40,288 nucleotides of DNA, from assembly GCA_965228855.1 (NCBI GenBank), contig CBDDIJ010000006.1:1-40288 (forward strand). The letters run 5' to 3'. The notes beneath the pieces were generated by a model. It ran no database searches, had not been told where the DNA came from, and was given only the letters and a program-made list of their open reading frames with translations. Source of the stretch: Candidatus Obscuribacterales bacterium. GTDB lineage: Bacteria > Cyanobacteriota > Vampirovibrionia > Obscuribacterales > Obscuribacteraceae. This document shows positions 1 to 7,740 of this stretch, piece after piece. Positions within the stretch are counted from its first letter, which is position 1, and every line of letters begins with the position of its first letter. A program made the translations under genes and the position numbers.

Positions 1-1
1 A

Positions 2-682
2 CGCCTTGCAAGGCAGGCCTATGCGAAGGGCTGGCGCCACTTCAAGCTGAAAGTTGGACGGGACCTTGCCGACGATATTCGCCGCGCGACTCTTCTGCGC
101 GACGCGGTAGGCCCGGATGCGAAGCTGATGATGGACGCCAACCAGGTTTGGGAAGTCAGCGAAGCCATCGAGTGGATGAATGAGCTCGCGCGTTTCAACC
201 CCTGGTTTATCGAGGAACCAACATCACCAGACGATATCGTTGCGCATTGTGAAATTCGCAAGGCCATCTCACCGGTGAAAGTGGCGACAGGCGAAATGTG
301 CCAGAACCGCATTGTCTTCAAGCAATTCATGCAGATGGATGCACTCGACATTGTGCAGATCGACGCCGCACGCGTTGGCGGGCTGAGCGAAAATCTCGCT
401 ATCATGCTGATGGCAGCAAAATTCGGGAAACCCGTCTGCCCCCATGCGGGTGGCGTCGGGCTTTGCGAGTATGTACAACACCTGTCAATGATCGACTATT
501 TGTCTATCTCCGGAACGCATGAGGGCCGGGTCGCCGAATATGTCGATCATCTGCACGAGCACTTCGTTACACCCTGCATTGTCGAAAATGGACACTACAT
601 GGCGCCTCGCGAACCGGGCTTCAGCATTGAGATGAAATCCTATTCCATTCGTGAGTTCCTTTACCAAGAGCGGGTGAAATAA
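2..682 (+). CDS. Enolase/mandelate racemase superfamily, L-fuconate dehydratase-like (5'-truncated by window edge)
   Basis: The frame is open from base 2 (RLARQAYAKGWRHFKLKVGRDLADDIRR) into the 128..682 ORF. It has the KxK motif HFKLKVG, metal ligands MMDANQ / FIEEP / ATGE, and VCPHAGGVGLCE and EYVDHLHEHF, which are characteristic of the FucD/rTS-beta group. Confidence 0.9.
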   Translation, partial: RLARQAYAKGWRHFKLKVGRDLADDIRRATLLRDAVGPDAKLMMDANQVWEVSEAIEWMNELARFNPWFIEEPTSPDDIVAHCEIRKAISPVKVATGEMCQNRIVFKQFMQMDALDIVQIDAARVGGLSENLAIMLMAAKFGKPVCPHAGGVGLCEYVQHLSMIDYLSISGTHEGRVAEYVDHLHEHFVTPCIVENGHYMAPREPGFSIEMKSYSIREFLYQERVK

Positions 683-732
683 CAATCTTTAGACTGATAA
701 TTGTGCAACCATCGGCCTGATTAGCCCTGCTT

Positions 733-3240
733 TTATTCGGGTGTCGGACCAGCTCTCTTCGCCATATCGGAGGAGAGCTGTCCGTAGATATCAAAATAGG
801 CATCACTCATGGCGCGGCAACTATTCTCACGAACGGCGCGCCTCTGCCACTCAATCACCTGAGACACTTTCTCCTCCTGCCTTTCCGGGTGTCGACGTAA
901 TTCCCGCAAGAAATTGGCAAGCGAGAGAGAAGACATTTCAACAAGCCACCCTGCCCCGCTCTCCCTTATACGCTCGCCCACCGCGCCAACATCAAAACCA
1001 ACAACCGGGACACCTGCCGCCCAAAGTTCCGTCAAAGTATGACAATAAGTTTCCGGCCAAATCGACAAGACAGCACCTAGATGGGGTCGGATGGCATCGA
1101 TCTTGTCTACAACCTCATCACGTAGATAAGGCCCGTGGACCTGAACATGTTGCGGAAGGACAATGTCACCGGAAACCGTGCCAAGCACGTGGATTTCGAT
1201 ATTTTCCGAGGGAGCGAGCTTCGCAAGAGCTTCAAGAAGTCGCCCCCCTTTTGCGATGGATATCCCCCCGAGCAGCAGCAGCCGAAGAGGTTCATGTTGA
1301 ACGATGGGTGCGCTGGCGGTCCCGAATCTCTCAAAATCCCGACCATGCGGAATGACGCCAAAACTCCTTTCAGCAAGGAAAGGGAAACTATCAACCACAA
1401 GCCTTCGCGCATGCTCGGACGTCGTGATGAAAGTGTCGCATTTTTCAAGCGCGCTCCGCATGTTGGCGCGCCAATCGAAGACTGCCTCGTTCTTTAGTGG
1501 AGGGAAGTTTTCACTGTCCCAGAGTTCCACGCGACACTCACCGGGCGTAGCCGTGCATCGGCCTGCGCAGTGGACATTACTTTCGTCGAGCAGCTTCACC
1601 GTCGGGCAGACCGAATAAAAATCGTGGAAGGAGAATACGACAGGAATGCCAAGTACCTTGGCTACATCGGCAATACCAAGCCCATGCCATGCGATATGGC
1701 GAATATGCACGAGGTCGATCGCATACCGAACCAGCCAGCCTGCCACTGCTTCATCATAGGCAGAGCTGCGATGAGGAAACGCCTCGACAGGCGTGCGGAG
1801 AACCTGTTTTTCAAGCTCAACCAGGACTTCGCCATCGAAGAAAGAAATGGAGATTGCCGATCCGTTGCTGTGTAACACGAAACATTCCACGCGGCCGGAA
1901 AGCGCCGTCATCAAATCCTGGTTCGTCTGCGGTATTCCCCCTTGTTTCGTCGATAGGACAAAGAGGGCACGGGGCATGATGCAAGACGGGTTGGCGACTG
2001 CCGTCTGCGTTGCTCTGCGTATTAATACGTCACTTGCAGGAGCATTTCCGATTTCTTGCTTCTTCCACTCGTCAGAAAGCAGAACCGTTGCATCGTCGAC
2101 AACGCACCCCCATCCGCGCTGCGCCGCTCGTTCGACAAGCCCGGCAAGAGCGGCATGAGGGTCGCGCGGGGGTGCGTCGTCCCTGCCGGTCTCACCACCT
2201 CTATCTATCTCACCCAGACACTGCCTGCGGATATAGAGCGCCGCGAACGGGCCAGTCGACGCGGAAGGATATTTACGCGGGGATGACTGCGTAACGGCCC
2301 GGGCAACAGCCGAGGGCTCTCCTCCTGCGAACTCCGTTCCCATCGCGACAGCGACACCCGTTTTATCGTCACGGAATGCTGCGATCCGCATGTTACGCAT
2401 CCACCCAGGCGCGCCGGCGAAGGCCGGGTCGAGCACCAGCAGATCGGCTGCACCAGCGATTTGCGCACCCGTCTTGATCATACCGGCGGCGCCCAACTCG
2501 TTTGCGTTTTCGTGAAATTCGAGACCCGGAAAGTCTTTAGTCAACTCACGAAGTTCCGTGGCAAATCCCGCAGCAGCCTCATCAAACACAATGAGTACCC
2601 TGGCGGCAAAACCTCTAGCCGACCTTAACGACGTTAAACACCGCTCAATGCGGACCTCTCCACTGCAGAGTGGGATTATCAGCGCAGGGGGAAGGGTGGC
2701 GGCCATTCTTTCGATCGTATTCATGCGCAGCATTATTGGCGGATGGTCTTTGGTAATCTCTTCCCACCACGGCACATAATGTCTTGGACGAACTGGGCTC
2801 AGCCCCACCTTTCTGCCATATCTCAAAAAATGCACGAGGGGATTGAGGGAAAAAAGCGACACATCTGGATGCGCTTTGACGTACCACGCCGTACTGAAGG
2901 AGGGGCCGGGATCGCGAAGCTCACTGGCACCAAAATCAAGGTAGTGAAGAACCGGGTCCACACGGTTGATCGCCACATCCGGATATTCGGCAGCATACCA
3001 AGCTGCATCGAAGAGCCCCGAGCATTCGATCATTGAAAGCTGGCGCGCTTTTTCACGGTCAAAAACATGGAGCAGGATGCGGCTTAGGACGGCCCGCAGA
3101 TACTTCAGTACGCCGAGACCGCGAGTGAATTTCTGTCCTGCGCCGCTGTTACCATCTCCAGGCACGACGATGTTTCCCCATGTGCAAAACCGCTCCCATG
3201 CGTTCGACTGACACGATGGCCTTTCGGCTGGAGACAACAA
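733..3240 (-). CDS. Multidomain glycosyltransferase: two 38-aa FDxxWY repeats, degenerate GT2-like domain, GT4 (GT-B) domain
   Basis: 835-aa ORF. The C-terminal GT4 has FSFHDFYSVCP, VIPHGRD, IAKGG and an EX7E motif (WPETYCHTLTE, followed by AGVPVVGFDVGAVGERI). The central LIIP..ERCLTSL..ENANELG region is GT2-like. The start codon is uncertain (TTG at 3240; it may lie further downstream). Confidence 0.85.
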   Translation of the reverse strand: MLSPAERPSCQSNAWERFCTWGNIVVPGDGNSGAGQKFTRGLGVLKYLRAVLSRILLHVFDREKARQLSMIECSGLFDAAWYAAEYPDVAINRVDPVLHYLDFGASELRDPGPSFSTAWYVKAHPDVSLFSLNPLVHFLRYGRKVGLSPVRPRHYVPWWEEITKDHPPIMLRMNTIERMAATLPPALIIPLCSGEVRIERCLTSLRSARGFAARVLIVFDEAAAGFATELRELTKDFPGLEFHENANELGAAGMIKTGAQIAGAADLLVLDPAFAGAPGWMRNMRIAAFRDDKTGVAVAMGTEFAGGEPSAVARAVTQSSPRKYPSASTGPFAALYIRRQCLGEIDRGGETGRDDAPPRDPHAALAGLVERAAQRGWGCVVDDATVLLSDEWKKQEIGNAPASDVLIRRATQTAVANPSCIMPRALFVLSTKQGGIPQTNQDLMTALSGRVECFVLHSNGSAISISFFDGEVLVELEKQVLRTPVEAFPHRSSAYDEAVAGWLVRYAIDLVHIRHIAWHGLGIADVAKVLGIPVVFSFHDFYSVCPTVKLLDESNVHCAGRCTATPGECRVELWDSENFPPLKNEAVFDWRANMRSALEKCDTFITTSEHARRLVVDSFPFLAERSFGVIPHGRDFERFGTASAPIVQHEPLRLLLLGGISIAKGGRLLEALAKLAPSENIEIHVLGTVSGDIVLPQHVQVHGPYLRDEVVDKIDAIRPHLGAVLSIWPETYCHTLTELWAAGVPVVGFDVGAVGERIRESGAGWLVEMSSLSLANFLRELRRHPERQEEKVSQVIEWQRRAVRENSCRAMSDAYFDIYGQLSSDMAKRAGPTPE
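2788..3015 (-). repeat. Two tandem 38-aa coding repeats (LFDAAWYAAEYPDV...HYLDFGASELRDPGP / SFSTAWYVKAHPDV...HFLRYG)
   Basis: Seen directly in the translation; same consensus as the repeats at 13714-14130. Confidence 0.85.
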
Positions 3241-3258
3241 TGGCGCATCGACGAATAT

Positions 3259-3981
3259 TCAAGTAGCGGTTTTCAACCTCAGGTCATCCTTGCTCAGTAT
3301 CAGAACGGTATTGGGGGTGAATCCTGTCCAGGCTTTTTGCGGAATGTTGGCTTGGCGCAAACGCTCGGCTCCGAAGCGGGCCTTTGCATCAAATTCTGCG
3401 GGCAGACTGACAATCGAACCCAGATGGGCGTGCCTGTCCTCGGCCCCAAAGCGCCTAACGTGGTCGTGCTGGCCGAACCGCCGCGTTCTTTCTTCATCCG
3501 AAATATCCTGAAAGCACTCATCATATTTTCCTCGCCCAAAGGGAATAATGCAGATTTGCTTCCCGGCCGGCTTCAGCATCCGATGCAGATGGAAAAGCGT
3601 GTAGGCAAAATTGCAGGGCACGTGCTCCATTACGTGAGAGTGGATAATGAGATCGTATTCTCCAGATAGCTGCGCGTCGAGATCACAGAGATCGAGCTTG
3701 ATGATGTTCTCGACAAACTTGTAACGCTTTGGGTTGATGTCCGAGCAGACGTAATTTTCCGGCGTCAGCAGTTTGCTCAATTTTCGATAGAGCCCGCGTT
3801 CGGGTGCAAGATGAAGAACCCGCGTGTCAGGACGGAAATCAACCTCCTGCAAATACATCCAAAGGAGTCGCGTACGCTCGACCGAGCGGCAGCTCCTGCA
3901 TTTGACCTTTGGTCGCGACTTGACGTCCTCGAACTCTGTGCCGCCACAGAGATTACATTTGATTTCAGACGCAGCCAGCAT
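3259..3981 (-). CDS. Class I SAM-dependent methyltransferase with N-terminal CxxC...CxxC motif
   Basis: RVLHLAPE (motif I variant), YDLIIHSHVMEHV, LHRMLKPAG and FGQHDHVRRFG; N-terminal CNLC..CRSC. I prefer the ATG at 3981 (preceded by AGGA) to the ORF start at 4014. Confidence 0.85.
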   Translation of the reverse strand: MLAASEIKCNLCGGTEFEDVKSRPKVKCRSCRSVERTRLLWMYLQEVDFRPDTRVLHLAPERGLYRKLSKLLTPENYVCSDINPKRYKFVENIIKLDLCDLDAQLSGEYDLIIHSHVMEHVPCNFAYTLFHLHRMLKPAGKQICIIPFGRGKYDECFQDISDEERTRRFGQHDHVRRFGAEDRHAHLGSIVSLPAEFDAKARFGAERLRQANIPQKAWTGFTPNTVLILSKDDLRLKTAT

Positions 3982-4024
3982 TTTCCATCCTACGAAAGAG
4001 AGACGTTGTCTCAAAATCCGGACC

Positions 4025-5101
4025 TCAAATGTGAGGTATTCGACGTAACCGAGCTCTTCTCTTTTTTACATAAGCGAGCTGTTTCTCCAGTTCATTCCCG
4101 AGCCCTCCAAAATAAGCGGTGGCATCACGCCGTTCTGCTATTTCAAAAGCGTCTGCGTCAAATTTTCGGCGTGGAACAAGACCCAGATCAACCATCGCAT
4201 TATGAATTTCTATCGGCCGTAGCGTATACGTTGGACTATTCGGTCTTTTCTTTCCCGAACGGCTTGCCATTCGGAAGATGGAATCTCGGCTCGCTAAAAC
4301 ATGAAACTCCGCTCTTGGAAAAATGTGTGGCGTGAAAATATCTACTCCGTTAGCACGCCGAGGAATCATGAATATCTTTCCTCTTATTTTCGCAGTTAAT
4401 TCGATCGGATAAATACTACTTCCTTCGGCGAATACTATACGTTCAGCGTTTTGAATTATTGAAACCTGATAATGAATATCAAATTCTTCTGGTCGAACAT
4501 ACTCGAAGCCATTGCCGATTAAGAGATCAGCAAAATAGCTTTCGCCCATGAGCGTCCCCTTCTGAATTAGATGAGTGCGACCATAATAAACATTTCGGGG
4601 AGTGTGATTTACGTGCTTGATCGGCAGCTTTTCCAGATGAGGCATGTACCAATCTGCGGGACCAGACTTCAGAATGCTTCCGGGTTCGGCAAATTCCAAT
4701 TGTTCGAAAACCATCGGCTCGCTGACGATCACGATATGATGTCGTTCCAGTCCAAAGATAGAAACGATATCGTAGAACCAGTCTGGGACCGCCTGTTCAC
4801 GGCCTTTCAGGTAAGCAAAAACAACACCATCATGCCGCTGAGGATCAAACGCCCAAAGCCTTATGATCGAGTCAACCAATACATGTCCAAAATGGATCTT
4901 GAGTGGCCCCCCGTAAAGATACCTTCCTCTTCTCTGTTCCGAGATGTTTTCATACTCTTCGGGTGAAGGAAATGAGTCGATCGGCTCCTTACCTTTGCCC
5001 CTTCGTACTCTCCCATGTTTTGGAACTTGTGCGTGGTCTGGCCCCCCTACCCAAGCCTTCCGGTAAGGAAGAATGAGGACGTCACGCCTAGTTTCGATCA
5101 C
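4025..5101 (-). CDS. GT61/DUF563-like glycosyltransferase
   Basis: YLYGG..HFGHVLVDSIIRLW and GFEYVRPEEFDIHYQVSIIQNAERIVFAEGSSI match the GT61/DUF563 pattern (HFGH; PE..Q....A..I...GS). GTGA overlap with the upstream gene. Confidence 0.7.
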   Translation of the reverse strand: MIETRRDVLILPYRKAWVGGPDHAQVPKHGRVRRGKGKEPIDSFPSPEEYENISEQRRGRYLYGGPLKIHFGHVLVDSIIRLWAFDPQRHDGVVFAYLKGREQAVPDWFYDIVSIFGLERHHIVIVSEPMVFEQLEFAEPGSILKSGPADWYMPHLEKLPIKHVNHTPRNVYYGRTHLIQKGTLMGESYFADLLIGNGFEYVRPEEFDIHYQVSIIQNAERIVFAEGSSIYPIELTAKIRGKIFMIPRRANGVDIFTPHIFPRAEFHVLASRDSIFRMASRSGKKRPNSPTYTLRPIEIHNAMVDLGLVPRRKFDADAFEIAERRDATAYFGGLGNELEKQLAYVKKRRARLRRIPHI

Positions 5102-5784
5102 ACACCCATCCCCAACTTGATTTCATCAAGGATTTTTTGAAAAGAAGCGAGACGAAATATCTGCTGCTCATTTACTAAATTTTCGAATGACTTTTCGCCG
5201 ACATCACGGATTGTACGCTCATCGACTCGAGATCTTCTCTTCCTCCAGACAACTGTCTGCCCGTGGTTTTCAAGTATCGTCCTATGCTCCATCTGCTGCA
5301 TAAACGTATCTAGAAAATAAATGCATCGATACACATCGCCCATCCAGCTTTTTTGCTGGGAACCCGTGTAGCGACGCACCTGGCGGAAGGTATTTCGGTC
5401 CGGAATCGAGGCAAGGTGAGTGGGAGGTCGAACGTCATCTATAAGAATGACGCCATTTTCATCCAAATAGAAAATGGCGTTGAATAAATCCCTTAAAGTC
5501 TGTTCTGACGTATGCAGACCATCAAGATAAATGACGTGAAACTTATCGTCAGGCCCAATGATCGAGCCAAAATACTCATCGCTTGTTACCTCATGATACT
5601 CAGCGTTGGGATGAGTATCCTTTGCGACCTTTAAATCGAACTTAAAATCGGGATCTACCGCTACCTTCCGGGGAGCGATGACACTATGAAAGGTGACACC
5701 TTTGCTAACACCAACTTCCAGATAACTTGGCTGATCAAATAACGAGAGTAAGCCTTGTACGGCCTGGTCTCTGCGAATAGCCAT
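5098..5784 (-). CDS. Class I SAM-dependent methyltransferase (Methyltransf_24-like)
   Basis: YLEVGVSKG, VAVDP, FHVIYLDGLHT, GVILIDD and WMGDV; GGAGG Shine-Dalgarno (SD) upstream of the ATG. Confidence 0.85.
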   Translation of the reverse strand: MAIRRDQAVQGLLSLFDQPSYLEVGVSKGVTFHSVIAPRKVAVDPDFKFDLKVAKDTHPNAEYHEVTSDEYFGSIIGPDDKFHVIYLDGLHTSEQTLRDLFNAIFYLDENGVILIDDVRPPTHLASIPDRNTFRQVRRYTGSQQKSWMGDVYRCIYFLDTFMQQMEHRTILENHGQTVVWRKRRSRVDERTIRDVGEKSFENLVNEQQIFRLASFQKILDEIKLGMGV

Positions 5785-5848
5785 TTATGTCCTCCGCATC
5801 TTTTGCGTCAAACTCAATTCAGCAATTATCCGACTGACATTTCGCCAA

Positions 5849-6877
5849 CTACTTTGAGCGTTTTCCAGCGCGAGCTTTCTTGTCCAGCCGCGCCAACGCC
5901 GCTATAGCCTTTATGGCTATCTCCCCGGTCTTTCGAGGGTCGAGGTCAACCGGCCCAGGAGGTTCTGCCTCCCTAGAGGAGAAGGCCGACGCTTCCCACC
6001 ACTGCGCATCGCCAGAGATCCCTTCCCTGATTTCCTCATCGACCAGTGAGAGCAGTACCTTGTTGTCTTCCCGAAAGAAGTCGATCAAGTCTGAAACTAT
6101 CTTGCTTTCCAACACCCAAGGGGCGGAACCGTTTCCGCCAACACGGTTTCTTTCCAAAACGAAATCGATCCCCGCGCCAAGTTTTTCGGCGCGGGTCTTT
6201 CTGTACTTCTGGAAGAGACGCAACGTACCTGCATCGAGCGTGACATTGCTCTTCCTCTGTGTGGCCATAAAGGGAAGGTCTGCGCCGAGCATTTCATAGA
6301 AACTTTCGACGACGTTGCGTGATACCGGGAAAACAGTGACATTGCGCACGGCGGGAACCTCATTCCATTTGGCTACCGTTTCCGCCCACAGGCCACTTTT
6401 CTTGAACTTGTTCACCCAGACGGGAAACTCCTTGCCACTCCAGGCTCCCCATTGCCACCAGGATGAGTTTATCCAAGGCACCTGAGGGCGCACAAAAATA
6501 ACAATATGAGGCGTCAGACCTAGTTTCTCGAAGACTTTACGATCCGAGAACCTGGCACTTTCATTGATCCAGCCTTCGTAGGAAAATACTGGTGTGACCC
6601 CCTCGTCAGCGATGGCCTTAAGTCGGGAAGCCAGAACGGGGACAGCTTCTTCAGAAAAGAAATCCCTAACCGAAACCGAGGAGGTATAGCCAAAGGCACT
6701 CTTCTTCGCTTCAGCGAGGCATTCCTCTCCGCGCTTAAGAATGCCTTCTTTCTTCAAACTCACATATTCGTATCGCGTACCTTCGCGCGAATAGAACACA
6801 GGCTCCTTGCTGAGGACCGACTGGAGCGAGCTGCTGCCGCACTTGCCCGCTCCGACATGCATAATACAGGGAAGCAT
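5849..6877 (-). CDS. Sulfotransferase-like P-loop protein
   Basis: N-terminal MHVGAGKCGSSSLQ (5'-PSB-like), FSYE, and IVIFVRPQ..WINS (3'-PB-like R..S); GAGG SD. Confidence 0.65.
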   Translation of the reverse strand: MLPCIMHVGAGKCGSSSLQSVLSKEPVFYSREGTRYEYVSLKKEGILKRGEECLAEAKKSAFGYTSSVSVRDFFSEEAVPVLASRLKAIADEGVTPVFSYEGWINESARFSDRKVFEKLGLTPHIVIFVRPQVPWINSSWWQWGAWSGKEFPVWVNKFKKSGLWAETVAKWNEVPAVRNVTVFPVSRNVVESFYEMLGADLPFMATQRKSNVTLDAGTLRLFQKYRKTRAEKLGAGIDFVLERNRVGGNGSAPWVLESKIVSDLIDFFREDNKVLLSLVDEEIREGISGDAQWWEASAFSSREAEPPGPVDLDPRKTGEIAIKAIAALARLDKKARAGKRSK

Positions 6878-6920
6878 ATACCCTCAATTCGCCTTTGAAA
6901 CCGAATGCAACGACGCGTCG

Positions 6921-7709
6921 CTAACCAGACTGATCGCAACACAGCTTTTGGAACTCTGTGTGTAGAGCGGGCCGAGAGAGAAGATAGGCCTCCTCTTCAT
7001 TCGTCAGCGCTTCCCGTCTGGGATTGGCGGAAACATTCACTGTCTGGTTCTTCGCCCCCATACCGGCAAGGTAAGTGCGCAAATCCTCTTTGAGGTCGAG
7101 GTCCAGTTTCTCGATGATGTTCTTATCGAGATACCCAAAACCATATTTGATGTGGTCGTCGAGGTTAAACAACAGCACCCGGTCTGGCGCCGCCTGCTTG
7201 ATCTTACGGTAGTGCTCTACGGATTTCAGATAGTCATCCGCCACCATCTCGATTGTACGGTCCGGCCAACGCGAGCTGATCGACAGATAGTTATCGACAA
7301 AATTTCTCACGCAGTAGACATAGACTGCCTTCTGGTCTGCGAGGTGTTTCTCGTAGAAATCGAAATAGAACTCATTGTTCGGACGCTTGTATCCGTAATA
7401 GCGGCAATCAGGCGAAGGGTTCAATCTCCTGGACTGAGTAGTATTGGCCCACATAGCATAAATCAGGTCTCTCTTCTTTTCCGTCCACGCCTGATACTCG
7501 CGCACTCGCCGGGGGTTCTCCCACTTGGCGGCACCTCGATAATATTTCTCCGACTCCTGAATGAACTTAACGAGCGACCTCATAACGGGGTTCGGAATTT
7601 CACCCTGGATCGTCACATCATCAAACGAGTTCAACACTTCGGTCAGGTACCGCGTTCCCGCGCGCTGGCGCCCAACGACGATCAGTGGAGTTACGTTCTT
7701 CAGATACAT
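6921..7709 (-). CDS. Sulfotransferase family protein
   Basis: LIVVGRQRAGTRYL (5'-PSB), YGYKRP and VYCVRNFVDNYLS (3'-PB). The ORF's 7955 start overlaps the upstream gene, so the ATG at 7709 (or 7736) is more plausible. Confidence 0.75.
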   Translation of the reverse strand: MYLKNVTPLIVVGRQRAGTRYLTEVLNSFDDVTIQGEIPNPVMRSLVKFIQESEKYYRGAAKWENPRRVREYQAWTEKKRDLIYAMWANTTQSRRLNPSPDCRYYGYKRPNNEFYFDFYEKHLADQKAVYVYCVRNFVDNYLSISSRWPDRTIEMVADDYLKSVEHYRKIKQAAPDRVLLFNLDDHIKYGFGYLDKNIIEKLDLDLKEDLRTYLAGMGAKNQTVNVSANPRREALTNEEEAYLLSRPALHTEFQKLCCDQSG

Positions 7710-7740
7710 ATTCGCATTTCTTTTTAAGCGAGCCATAGAA

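Noticed and set aside
2..682. Fuconate dehydratase as part of the capsule system
   Set aside because: It is a catabolic enzyme transcribed convergently; most simply the flanking gene, with nothing in the window linking it to the locus.
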